The position numbers were made by a program, and so were the translations under genes. The notes beneath the pieces were generated by a model. The model did not search any database and was not told the origin of the DNA. It saw nothing but the letters and a program-made list of their open reading frames with translations. A stretch of 64,000 nt of DNA. Origin: an uncultured Gammaproteobacteria bacterium. GTDB taxonomy: Bacteria; Patescibacteriota; Microgenomatia; 2-02-FULL-39-11. The stretch spans positions 70,567 to 134,566 of the forward strand of contig CAYGXQ010000001.1 in the NCBI GenBank assembly GCA_964354025.1, read 5' to 3'. Positions 19,082 through 28,511 of this stretch are shown in pieces; the stretch's first letter is position 1, and every line of letters begins with the position of its first letter.

Positions 19082-20530
19082 TTAAGACAATCTTGGGAAT
19101 AACGGTGATTCTGATTTAATTTCCGGACCCTGGAATTGTTTCAGAATTTTCTCCGCGGTTTGGGGAAGGAAAGGTTGAAGAAGAATGGCGACTTCCAGGA
19201 TTTTTTCGATATAGACATCAAGGACTTTTTTCAGATTGTTGCCTTCCAAAGTCCAGGGTTTATCCTTATCGATTATTTTATTGACGGCGGTAATTTTTTC
19301 CCAAATAAAATATATGGCGTCATTAAACCGGTATTCTTCAAGAGCCTTTTGATAAATGGAGTTACCACTATAATGATACGTATCATTAGAGTGCTTTGGT
19401 TTTGGATTGAAAGGCTGGCTGATTTTAGAAGTCAGGCGGGCAACCCGGGCAACCAGATTGCCCAGACCATTAGCAAGGTCAGCATTATAAATTTCCTTGA
19501 ACCTTCTTTCGGAAAAATCACCGTCGTCATAAGAGGGAATTTCTCTTAAAAAATAATACCGCAATGGATCAGTTCCGTATTTTTCGATCAAATAAAAAGG
19601 ATCGATGACATTGCCCAAAGTTTTGCTCATTTTTTGGCCTTCAACGGTAATATAACCATGGGCGAAAATTGTTTTGGGAAGTTTTAAGCCGGCAGACAAT
19701 AAAAATGCCGGCCAATAAACAGCGTGGAATCTGGTGATGCCTTTACCGATGACATGGACATCCGCCGGCCACCATTTTTCATATTGTTTGTTATCCCAAC
19801 CAAAACCGATACCGGACTGATAAATATTAAGGGCGTCAAACCAGACATAAATTCTTTGAGTGGGATCATCGGGTACAGGGACGCCCCAGTTTTTCGCTCT
19901 TTCATTTGAGCGTGAGATGCTGATATCGTTGAGCGGTTGTTTGAGGAAAGAGAGAACCTCATTTTTCCTAAACTGAGGAATAATTTTTAACTCGTCGGTC
20001 GACACCAGTTTAATCAATTGGTCCTGGTATTTGGAAAGCCGGAAAAAATAATTGACTTCGGAGATATTATCAAGTTTTTTACCCGGATGTTCATGGCATT
20101 CACCTTTTTCGTCAAGTTCATCAGGGGTATAAAATAGCTCGCAACCGACACAGTATAATCCCTCATAAGATTTTTTATAAATATCACCGTTTTTGGCGCA
20201 GCGGCGCCAAAGTTCCTGGCTCGCTTTGAAATGGTGCAACCGGTCACTGCCTTTTTGGAAAACATCAAATTGGACATTTAATTTTTCGGCCAACACTTGG
20301 AAAAGCTTGGCGTTCTTGTCAATAAATGTCTGTATATCTTCGTGGGCTTTTTCTGCTGCTTGGACATTTTTTAGCGCATTTTCGTCTCCGCCGGATAAAA
20401 GGCAAGTTTCTTCGCCTTGCAGACGGTGAAAGCGTGCGATTGCATCTGCCTGTATAAATTCGAGCGCGTGACCGATGTGAGGAGCGGCATTAACATATGG
20501 GATAGCGGTGGTGATATAAAATTTGTTCAT
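19082..20530 (-). CDS. metG: methionyl-tRNA synthetase (short form)
   Basis: PYVNAAPHIGHA, zinc-knuckle CVGCELF, KMSKTLGNVIDP. Confidence 0.9.
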   Translation of the reverse strand: MNKFYITTAIPYVNAAPHIGHALEFIQADAIARFHRLQGEETCLLSGGDENALKNVQAAEKAHEDIQTFIDKNAKLFQVLAEKLNVQFDVFQKGSDRLHHFKASQELWRRCAKNGDIYKKSYEGLYCVGCELFYTPDELDEKGECHEHPGKKLDNISEVNYFFRLSKYQDQLIKLVSTDELKIIPQFRKNEVLSFLKQPLNDISISRSNERAKNWGVPVPDDPTQRIYVWFDALNIYQSGIGFGWDNKQYEKWWPADVHVIGKGITRFHAVYWPAFLLSAGLKLPKTIFAHGYITVEGQKMSKTLGNVIDPFYLIEKYGTDPLRYYFLREIPSYDDGDFSERRFKEIYNADLANGLGNLVARVARLTSKISQPFNPKPKHSNDTYHYSGNSIYQKALEEYRFNDAIYFIWEKITAVNKIIDKDKPWTLEGNNLKKVLDVYIEKILEVAILLQPFLPQTAEKILKQFQGPEIKSESPLFPRLS

Positions 20531-20555
20531 AAATTTGGCTTATTATATCAAGAAG

Positions 20556-20861
20556 CTACCGGTTTCGAAAATACAAATAAAAAGTAATCGTGATACTGCC
20601 GAGAAGAATTAGATTTAAAAGATTGTCCAAGCGGTTTTGCCGCAGGAGAAGAAAAACAACAAGGATAATTGTTGAGAGGCAACTTTTTAGTCTGCCCGTG
20701 AAAATATTGAATGAGAAAAAGAAAGCCAGAAAGATATATAAGTAAAAGAAAAAAAAGGACAAGAGGTTTTCAGGGGGTAAAAAATTGAGGAACAGAAAAA
20801 GGAAAAACAGAGAGATTGCCGCCAGAATGATTTTTTTCCGGTCAAGATGTTTTCTACGCAC
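20556..20861 (-). CDS. small membrane protein, hypothetical
   Basis: 101 aa, very hydrophobic, Phe/Leu-rich; weak call. Confidence 0.3.
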   Translation of the reverse strand: MRRKHLDRKKIILAAISLFFLFLFLNFLPPENLLSFFFFYLYIFLAFFFSFNIFTGRLKSCLSTIILVVFLLLRQNRLDNLLNLILLGSITITFYLYFRNR

Positions 20862-20902
20862 AATTTCATTTTACTTTTTTTGGTGGTAGAATGGAACGAT
20901 GT

Positions 20903-20950
20903 AGTAGCAGACTTTAGTCTGCGTAAGCGCGAACTGAAGTTCGCTATTCC
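20903..20950. repeat. family-2 double-hairpin repeat
   Basis: tagcagacTTTAgtctgcg then agcgcgaacTGAAgttcgct, bounded by aatagc / gctattcc. Related copies at 33490, 38404 and 56392. Confidence 0.65.
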
Positions 20951-20973
20951 AATATTTCGCGTCGCCCATTTTT

Positions 20974-21966
20974 ATGTTGTCTGTAGAATTAATAACATTG
21001 TTAATTATTGTAATTTTCTCCTTGCTTATTTTTACCTTTTCCTTGAAAAAATGGATTACGGATTTGGCTGAGAAGCAAAAACCATCCGAGGATTTGCTTA
21101 AAATCATCCAGATGCTTCAGTCAGGCAGTAAAGAAGACCGGAAAGTTTTACTTGAGAGTTTACAAAGCAACACCCAGGCACTCAATCAGCGGTTGGATAA
21201 CGCCGCTCGGGTAATCGGCCAAGTGCAGAAAAATATCGGCGAGATGAGCGAAATCGGCCGGGGGATGAAGGAATTGCAGGAATTTCTCAAAAGCCCGAAA
21301 CTGCGCGGCAATATCGGCGAGCAGATTCTCAAAGAACTGCTTGGTCAAATGCTGCCCAAACAGTCATTCCACTTGCAATATGCTTTCAAATCCGGAGCCA
21401 TTGTTGACGCGGCGATCAAAACGGGCAGCGGTCTCATTCCGGTCGACTCCAAATTCCCGATGGAGAATTTCCGAAAGCTTTTGTCTGCAAAAGAAGACGC
21501 GGAAAGAAAAACGGTTCTTAAAGATTTTGAAAAAGATGTCAAAAAGCACATTGAAGACATTTCTAAAAAATATATTCTGACAGAGGAAGGAACAATGGAC
21601 TACGCCCTGATGTACATCCCCAGCGAAGCTGTTTATTACGAAGTTGTCAATGACCCTGCGCTTTTTGAATACAGCAGCGCTAAAAGGGTCCTGCCGGTTT
21701 CACCGACGACTTTTTACGCATACCTCAAGGCGATCCTCATGTCATTTGAAGGGCAGAAAATTGAAGCCAAAGCGAAGCAAATTTTACAAACGATCAGGGC
21801 GACTCAAAAAGATTATGAGAAGCTAGCCGATAATCTAGCGGTTTTAGGCAAACACTTAACTAACGCCTATAACCAGATGAATAATGTCACTAACAGTTTT
21901 ACCCTATTGGGACAAAAGCTATCCTCGACAAAAACATTAGAATTGAAAGAGAAGAAAGAACTTTAA
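20974..21966 (+). CDS. rmuC: DNA recombination protein RmuC
   Basis: N-terminal TM, coiled coil, KLRGNIGEQILKELLGQ (compare RmuC LRGNWGEQVLE). Confidence 0.75.
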   Translation: MLSVELITLLIIVIFSLLIFTFSLKKWITDLAEKQKPSEDLLKIIQMLQSGSKEDRKVLLESLQSNTQALNQRLDNAARVIGQVQKNIGEMSEIGRGMKELQEFLKSPKLRGNIGEQILKELLGQMLPKQSFHLQYAFKSGAIVDAAIKTGSGLIPVDSKFPMENFRKLLSAKEDAERKTVLKDFEKDVKKHIEDISKKYILTEEGTMDYALMYIPSEAVYYEVVNDPALFEYSSAKRVLPVSPTTFYAYLKAILMSFEGQKIEAKAKQILQTIRATQKDYEKLADNLAVLGKHLTNAYNQMNNVTNSFTLLGQKLSSTKTLELKEKKEL

Positions 21967-21968
21967 TC

Positions 21969-22056
21969 TGTCATCCCGACCGATCCCGACTTAGTCGGGA
22001 GAGTGGAGGGATCTTCCCAGAGGCGGAAGATTCCTCGACTTCGCTCGGAATGACAG
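21969..22056. repeat. family-1 structured repeat (full-length copy)
   Basis: tgtcatcccgac ... ggagggatcttccc ... ggaagattcctcgacttcgctcggaatgacag. Ends are inverted repeats with nested hairpins. Confidence 0.7.
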
Positions 22057-22066
22057 AGTTAGAAAT

Positions 22067-25063
22067 ATGGATCAAAAGAAGTTAAATAAGGAACAGCTTG
22101 AGGCGATCCGTCACTGGAAAGGCCCGCTTCTGGTGATTGCCGGCGCGGGGACGGGTAAAACAACGGTTATAACCGAGCGGATCAAATGGCTGATTGCCGA
22201 AGGCCTGGCCAAACCAGCCGAAATTCTGGCTTTGACTTTTACCGATAAAGCGGCTCGGGAAATGGAAGAACGGGTTGACCGGGCGCTTCCTTACGGTTAT
22301 ACCCAAATGTGGATTACCACTTTTCATTCATTTGGGGAGCGGGTTTTACGGCAGGAAGCGATCCAGATAGGTTTGAATCCGGGATACCGGCTCATGGCTG
22401 AGGCGGAGAGTATCATTTTTTTCCGCAAAAACCTCTTTAAATTTAACCTGAATTATTTCCGGCCAATGGGAAATCCGAACAAGTTTATTTCCGGTATGCT
22501 GCAGCATTTTACCAGGTTTAAAGATGAAGACATATCACCTAAAGAATATTTTAATTGGGCGAAATTAAACAATGAAACAACCCGCCAGCCGGCGAGGCAG
22601 GTGAAACAATTGAACAATGAGGAAAAAACTATTGAGAGTGAAAAATATATGGAACTGTCTGATGCTTTTCAAAAGTATGAAGAACTGAAAGTCAAAGAAG
22701 GTTTGATGGATTTTTCCGACCTGATAACTAACACTCTAAATCTTTTCCGGTTAAGGAAAAATATTTTGAAAAATTATCAGGAGCAGTTTAAGTATGTCTT
22801 GATTGATGAATTCCAGGACACAAATTTTGCCCAAAATGAACTGGCGGTTCTTCTGGCCGGAAACAGAAAAAACATAACGGTCGTCGGGGACGATGATCAG
22901 GCGATTTACCGATGGCGCGGCGCGGCTGTTTCCAATATTATCCAATTCCGGCAAAAATTCCCGGAGGCAAAGCCGGTGGTTTTGACGAAAAATTACCGTT
23001 CCACCACTGAAATTCTTGACCGGTCATATGACCTTATCCAAAACAACAATCCAGACCGGTTGGAAGTAAAAGAGAAAATTAATAAAAAACTAGAAAGCCA
23101 AAGAGGGATAAAAGGAGAAAAAATAGAATTGATTTATGAAAAGAGAGTGGAAGATGAAGCGGAAAAAGTAGCTAAACAAATTACAAATTATAAATTACAA
23201 ATTACAAATGACGAAGGGAAAGAATTATACAGTTGGAAAGATTTTGCCATTTTGGTTCGGGCCAACAGTCAGGCAGAACCGTTTGCCAGGGCACTATCCC
23301 GGGCCGGTATCCCTCACCAGTTTTTAGGACCGGGCATGCTTTTTAGGCAGTCTGAAGTCAAAGACCTGATCGCTTACCTTAAATTACTCGACGACTTCAC
23401 TGATTCGGTGGCCTTTTTCCGGGTTGTCACAATGCCGGTTTTTGGGATAAACACCCGGGATATTTATGCCGTCAATAATTTTGCCAAAAGAGTCGGGCTT
23501 TCCTTATTTGAAGCAGTTGAGGTGGTGGTGGCGTTTTTCTTAGGCGATGAAGGACATTGGAGCCGGATGAAAAATTACCAGAATTACCTGCCGTATACAG
23601 GCGAAACTACCAAAGAAAAACTGACCAAGATAATGAAAATGATCAACCGGCATTTGGATTTGGCCAGAAAAGAAACCGCCGGTCAGGTTCTCTACTACTT
23701 TCTGGAAGACAGCGGCATTTTGAAAGAACTGGTTGAGTACAAGACGGTCAAAGAGGAAAAGACCGCCTTAAATATCTCGAAATTTTTCGACAAGCTGAAG
23801 ACTTTTGAGACGGAACACGAAGAAGCAAATGTAGCGGCGGTGGTTGATTGGATTGAAATGGCGATGGAACTGGGTGAAAGTCCCCTGGCGGCGGATACTG
23901 ACTGGTCACAAAATGACGCGGTAAATATCCTGACAGTCCATTCGGCTAAAGGATTGGAGTTTCCGGTGGTCTTTTTAGTCAATCTGGTTAACCAGCGTTT
24001 TCCGACAGTTGAGCGGCATGAACAAATTCCCATCCCTGATGAGCTGGTGAAGGAGATATTGCCGGAAGGGGATTATCATCTGGAGGAGGAAAGACGGCTG
24101 TTTTACGTAGGTATGACCAGGGCCCGCGACCGGCTGATTTTGACCGCGGCCAATTTCTACGGAGAGGGCAAAAGAGAAAGGAAGATCTCGCAGTTTGTGA
24201 TGGAAACGTTGGGAGAGAAGAACATCAATAATTTAACAATTCAACCCTTCGACTTCGCTCAGGGTAAGCAATTGACTCTTTTAGAATGGAAAAAAACTGA
24301 AGAATTACCGGCCAAAACTATTAAACAACCCATCGAATATCTTTCTTATTCCCAAATTGAGAGTTTCACGACCTGTCCGCTGCAGTATAAATACCGCTAT
24401 ATCATCAGAATTCCGGCCCCTCCTTCGGCCGCCGGCTCTTTCGGAACATCCATCCATCTGACTTTGCAGAAATTTTACGAGCGGGTTAAAAGAGGCGAGC
24501 GGCCGCAAAAAGAGGATTTATTGCAGATATTGGATGAGGTCTGGCTGCCGGTCGGTTACGGTTCGAAACAATATGAAGAGAAAATGAAGACCAGAGGCCG
24601 CGACATGCTTCAGGCTTTTTTTGAGAAATTTTACGATCCCGACAAAAAGCCAAAAAGCCTGGAGCAGATTTTTAAGATAAAGCTGACACCGACTCTTAAA
24701 ATCGGCGGCAAAATCGACCGGGTGGATGAGACGCCTGACGGAAAGTTGGAAATTATCGATTACAAAACCGGCAAACGTCCCACCGATAAGGCCATCGCCG
24801 AAAACCTGCAGATGACGGTTTACGCGCTGGCCGCCTGCGACTCCGGTATTTACAACAGACGGCCGGAAGAAGTGGTTCTTTCTTTTTATTTTTTTGACGC
24901 CCGGGAGAAAGTAACTTCGACTAGGACAAAAGAACAGTTGGAAGAAGCCAAGAAAAAACTCCTGGAAAAAGCCCAAGATATTGCATCAAGCGATTTCTCT
25001 CCAAAAGTGGGCAAATGGTGCGATTTTTGCGATTTCCGCCTCATCTGTGAAGCCTGGCAATAA
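22067..25063 (+). CDS. UvrD/PcrA-family helicase fused to a C-terminal PD-(D/E)xK (RecB/Cas4-type) nuclease domain with Cys cluster
   Basis: Walker A GAGTGKTT, DEFQDT, VTLTKNYRS, C-terminal YSQIESFTTCPLQYKYRY...IDYKTGK...CDFCDFRLICEAW. Two in-frame repeat insertions at 23175-23212 and 24243-24264. Confidence 0.85.
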   Translation: MDQKKLNKEQLEAIRHWKGPLLVIAGAGTGKTTVITERIKWLIAEGLAKPAEILALTFTDKAAREMEERVDRALPYGYTQMWITTFHSFGERVLRQEAIQIGLNPGYRLMAEAESIIFFRKNLFKFNLNYFRPMGNPNKFISGMLQHFTRFKDEDISPKEYFNWAKLNNETTRQPARQVKQLNNEEKTIESEKYMELSDAFQKYEELKVKEGLMDFSDLITNTLNLFRLRKNILKNYQEQFKYVLIDEFQDTNFAQNELAVLLAGNRKNITVVGDDDQAIYRWRGAAVSNIIQFRQKFPEAKPVVLTKNYRSTTEILDRSYDLIQNNNPDRLEVKEKINKKLESQRGIKGEKIELIYEKRVEDEAEKVAKQITNYKLQITNDEGKELYSWKDFAILVRANSQAEPFARALSRAGIPHQFLGPGMLFRQSEVKDLIAYLKLLDDFTDSVAFFRVVTMPVFGINTRDIYAVNNFAKRVGLSLFEAVEVVVAFFLGDEGHWSRMKNYQNYLPYTGETTKEKLTKIMKMINRHLDLARKETAGQVLYYFLEDSGILKELVEYKTVKEEKTALNISKFFDKLKTFETEHEEANVAAVVDWIEMAMELGESPLAADTDWSQNDAVNILTVHSAKGLEFPVVFLVNLVNQRFPTVERHEQIPIPDELVKEILPEGDYHLEEERRLFYVGMTRARDRLILTAANFYGEGKRERKISQFVMETLGEKNINNLTIQPFDFAQGKQLTLLEWKKTEELPAKTIKQPIEYLSYSQIESFTTCPLQYKYRYIIRIPAPPSAAGSFGTSIHLTLQKFYERVKRGERPQKEDLLQILDEVWLPVGYGSKQYEEKMKTRGRDMLQAFFEKFYDPDKKPKSLEQIFKIKLTPTLKIGGKIDRVDETPDGKLEIIDYKTGKRPTDKAIAENLQMTVYALAACDSGIYNRRPEEVVLSFYFFDAREKVTSTRTKEQLEEAKKKLLEKAQDIASSDFSPKVGKWCDFCDFRLICEAWQ

Positions 25064-25090
25064 TTTTTCGGGCGTGCTATCATAATTTTA

Positions 25091-26230
25091 ATGGTTCCAG
25101 ATCAGATCAAAAAATTTCCCAAACCGCTCATTATCCTGCTGGCAATAATATTCTTTTTCATTGTTTGGCTTATCGCGATAAACATAAAACCGGCCGGTAA
25201 TCAGCCGGCAATTACCTCACGAATTACACCCTCTGCGTTTTTGACGGCGGTCCCGACTAAAACAACCGCGGACAAATCGGAAATTGCCCAAAAAGCCATC
25301 AATTGGCTTAACCTGCAAAAATCCCCGGACGGAGTCTATTATTTGAACCGGATAGTTTTACCAAACCAGCCAACATTACCGCCGACGGAGGATAAGCGGA
25401 TCGGAATAAATGTACTCTGGGGGAAATATAAATATTGGCAAAAAACAAAAGACCCAAAGATACCGGCTGAATTGTCAGAAGAGTTAAATACTCTGTCAGA
25501 TGAAAAACTGACCCGTCTTTTCCAGCCTGATTTTTGGAGTTGCCGGTTTTTATACGAAATCTGGACGGATAAGGATATCGGGCAGGAGATGAAAGACCAA
25601 GCGGACAGTTTATGTTCAAGAGCAAGTTTTGCCATCCCGTCCGCCGGTGAGTTGTCAACCTATCAGGAGAAAGAGACAAATTTACCATCTGTATTTTCCC
25701 CAAGTATAGACAAAATCACTTTGTCTGCCAAAGAAGAGATTGATTTGGGAAAGAAGTCTTACCAATATCCCGCCTTTGCTTCGGATTTTGCCGCCAAATA
25801 CTTATGGCATGGTAGAGTTAACGACCTGCAGACCGCCAAAGCACTTTTTAATCTGACAGTGGAGATTTACCAAAAACAATTGCGATCCGGAGTGATCCGC
25901 AATGAGTGTGTTCTGGGTATGGCTTCGCTTGATTTATACCGGCAGACAAATGACATGAAATATCTTATCTTTGCCGGAGATATTTTCAAAAATGATATTT
26001 TGGCCGGAAAGAGAAGTCTTTTCAGAAAAATTGCCTGTTATCTTTTCGTCGAAGAATTAGATACCGTCAGTCCGGAGATGAAATATGCCAATTTCGAAAA
26101 TAAACTGCTGGAAAATATCCTGTCGGAAAATTATGACCCCGTTTCCGGCGCGTTTTTCAGCGATATCGAAGATATCCGGCTTTATGAAACAAGAGATAAC
26201 GCTCTGATGCTGAAAATTTTATCTGAATAA
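25091..26230 (+). CDS. TM-anchored extracytoplasmic protein, cassette component A1 (paralog of 27192-28511)
   Basis: N-terminal TM. Motifs shared with the paralog: WLNLQKSPDGVYY/WLNMQKDEKGLYS, YWQKTKD/YWKKTKD, FWSCRFLYEIWTDK/FWHCKLFYEIWNDK, ECVLGMASLD/ECLLGIASLD. Confidence 0.6.
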   Translation: MVPDQIKKFPKPLIILLAIIFFFIVWLIAINIKPAGNQPAITSRITPSAFLTAVPTKTTADKSEIAQKAINWLNLQKSPDGVYYLNRIVLPNQPTLPPTEDKRIGINVLWGKYKYWQKTKDPKIPAELSEELNTLSDEKLTRLFQPDFWSCRFLYEIWTDKDIGQEMKDQADSLCSRASFAIPSAGELSTYQEKETNLPSVFSPSIDKITLSAKEEIDLGKKSYQYPAFASDFAAKYLWHGRVNDLQTAKALFNLTVEIYQKQLRSGVIRNECVLGMASLDLYRQTNDMKYLIFAGDIFKNDILAGKRSLFRKIACYLFVEELDTVSPEMKYANFENKLLENILSENYDPVSGAFFSDIEDIRLYETRDNALMLKILSE

Positions 26231-26234
26231 TATT

Positions 26235-27125
26235 ATGAAAAGAAATAATCTTTTTTGGGCTGTCAGCCTGTCTGTTATCCTGATCTTTTCTTTTACCCCC
26301 AAGAATGTTTTTGCCGACAACAGAACGGAGTGTGAAAGCTCGTCAAGCGATCCCAGCTGCGGACCGTGTGATTACAGCGATTCATGGGACGGCAAAAATC
26401 CGAACGGTGAATGTCACGCCGGCTGTTGGGACAATTCCGTTCCTTATGAATATCCGGGTCCCAAAAGAATGTGTACTTTTGAATGTACCTACTGCAATAA
26501 CGGCAATACCTGCGCTTATCCAATATCCGGTACTCCGCCGGTTCCCACCTCAATGCCCGGTACGCCTGTCCCTACCGTGGGTCCCTGTACTTGCGAAAAA
26601 GTAGACGTGGAAGGGATAATCGGCGCCGGCCAGACGATCACCCTGACCACTTATGCCCGTTCGCTTGACCCGGCCAAAAACAAAATTAACAGTATGATTT
26701 ATCATGTTGAGCAAAACGGTCAGGAGATTACCCATTCTGAACCAATCAGCGCCATTGAAGTAACCGGAGAACCCGGCCGGTATTACACCAACTGGACTTA
26801 TACCATTCCCTCAGACGGTATCGGTACGGTTGATTACCGGATTTGGGTAGATATCTTATGCGCTTATAAAACCGCCGCCAGCCAGAGTCAGACTGCGGTC
26901 CTGGGAATAGGGACAACCATCAAAATCGGCATCTTTGATCCCCTGGTCGGATTAATTCAATCAATTTTCACTCCCAAAAACGGCCAACCCGCCCCTTCTC
27001 TTGACACTAATCCGGATTCCTACACCATCCTCAGGCCTACCAGAGTGAATACCCTGCAATTGGGGACGTTTTATCCAACCCTTAAAAAAGGCTGTCATGA
27101 AATCAGTTTTTCCATCCATTTCTGA
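26235..27125 (+). CDS. secreted Cys-rich protein, cassette component B1 (paralog of 28504-30858)
   Basis: Signal peptide; N-terminal domain of about 60 aa with 10 Cys; C-terminal domain SMIYHV...YTIPS...GTVDY shared with B2. Confidence 0.6.
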   Translation: MKRNNLFWAVSLSVILIFSFTPKNVFADNRTECESSSSDPSCGPCDYSDSWDGKNPNGECHAGCWDNSVPYEYPGPKRMCTFECTYCNNGNTCAYPISGTPPVPTSMPGTPVPTVGPCTCEKVDVEGIIGAGQTITLTTYARSLDPAKNKINSMIYHVEQNGQEITHSEPISAIEVTGEPGRYYTNWTYTIPSDGIGTVDYRIWVDILCAYKTAASQSQTAVLGIGTTIKIGIFDPLVGLIQSIFTPKNGQPAPSLDTNPDSYTILRPTRVNTLQLGTFYPTLKKGCHEISFSIHF

Positions 27126-27191
27126 TTCTTGACTAAAATATCGGGAAACGTTAACCTTATTTTAAGGTAAACTTTTATCGGCATTTTTCTT

Positions 27192-28511
27192 ATGGATAAA
27201 AAGAAGATTTTGATTACCGCAGTTATAGTATTAATGGCAATTATCGCCATCGTTGCTATTTTTCTCTCCAAAAAAAATCAGCCGGGACAACCAGTCAGCT
27301 GCAATCTGCAAAATTGTCCTTCCGGCTGCTGCGCGGATGACAAATGCCAGACCCAGGGATCAATTTTTGCCGGCTACTTATGTTTGGGTGCCAATAACTG
27401 GCAGACGCCTGGTCGGCAAGTGGTGACTGGTGCGCCAAAAGAAGTCGCGGCAGAAGTGAAAAAGAATGCCGAAACGGATAAAATCTCTCCCAATCCTGCT
27501 TCGCAAAGAATAGAAATGGCCAAAAAAACGCTTGACTGGTTAAATATGCAGAAAGATGAAAAGGGCTTGTATTCCCTTTACCAAATCGTCCGTGCGAACG
27601 GTGAAGTGGTACCTTATATTACCGACAGCCGGGAAGTGATTGACGTCGTCCTGGCAAGATATGCATACTGGAAAAAGACAAAAGACACAAAGACACTGGA
27701 TCTGTTAAAACAGGATCTGGATGTACTAGGTGATGAGAAAAAACTGCCGCAGTTGATGCCTGAATTTTGGCATTGCAAGCTATTTTACGAAATCTGGAAT
27801 GATAAGCTTATGCCTGGGGATTTGAAAGATAAAGCCAAAGCCAGTTGCGCAAGAAGTATGACCTCCGGTTATCCTGATGTGGACCTTAAATCGATTTTAT
27901 CGGATACAATAACGGTGACTCCTTTTCCGGAAAAATCAATTCAGGAACTTGAGTCAGCCTTAAATAAACCGGAGAAGAATATTACTTTATCACCGCAGGA
28001 GGAGGAAGAACTCCAGCAGAAATATCCGAAATATGCCGCTTACGTTTCCGATTTCCTTAATAAATACCAATGGGAAAAAAAGAACCAGGATCTGGAAGCG
28101 GCCAAAACGTTTTTCAGCTACGCTTTAGACGCCTACAAGAGAGCGGAAGAGGCGGCAGTAATACCGCAAAAAGAATGCCTGTTGGGGATTGCTTCGCTTG
28201 ATTTTTTCAAAACGACTGCCGATGACAAATACCGCTCGTTTGCGCAAAAATTATGGGAAAAAATCTCAATCTCACCAAAAGGATCGCTTTTCTCACAAGC
28301 TACCTGCGCTATTTTTACCAATGAGATAAATACAATCACCCCTGATAAAAAATACGGTGATTTCCTGAAAAACTTGACTGATGAGATTATAAAAAATAAC
28401 CATGAAATAAATTCCGGCGCTTTCTTTTATAAAAGCAATGGAAGTATTATCAAAGAGATCAGGGATAATTGTCTCTTGGTGAAGGTTTTATCGGATTCTG
28501 ATAGTGAGTAG
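27192..28511 (+). CDS. TM-anchored extracytoplasmic protein, cassette component A2, with extra Cys-rich N-terminal segment
   Basis: Paralogous to A1 (see motifs there) plus CNLQNCPSGCCADDKCQTQG near the membrane anchor. Confidence 0.6.
   Translation: MDKKKILITAVIVLMAIIAIVAIFLSKKNQPGQPVSCNLQNCPSGCCADDKCQTQGSIFAGYLCLGANNWQTPGRQVVTGAPKEVAAEVKKNAETDKISPNPASQRIEMAKKTLDWLNMQKDEKGLYSLYQIVRANGEVVPYITDSREVIDVVLARYAYWKKTKDTKTLDLLKQDLDVLGDEKKLPQLMPEFWHCKLFYEIWNDKLMPGDLKDKAKASCARSMTSGYPDVDLKSILSDTITVTPFPEKSIQELESALNKPEKNITLSPQEEEELQQKYPKYAAYVSDFLNKYQWEKKNQDLEAAKTFFSYALDAYKRAEEAAVIPQKECLLGIASLDFFKTTADDKYRSFAQKLWEKISISPKGSLFSQATCAIFTNEINTITPDKKYGDFLKNLTDEIIKNNHEINSGAFFYKSNGSIIKEIRDNCLLVKVLSDSDSE

Noticed and set aside
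25091-28511. LanC-like or squalene-cyclase-like assignment for the A1/A2 proteins
   Set aside because: Only a single QxxxDGxY motif and a CxLG segment were seen. That is insufficient for a family call. It is mentioned only as a hypothesis inside the finding.
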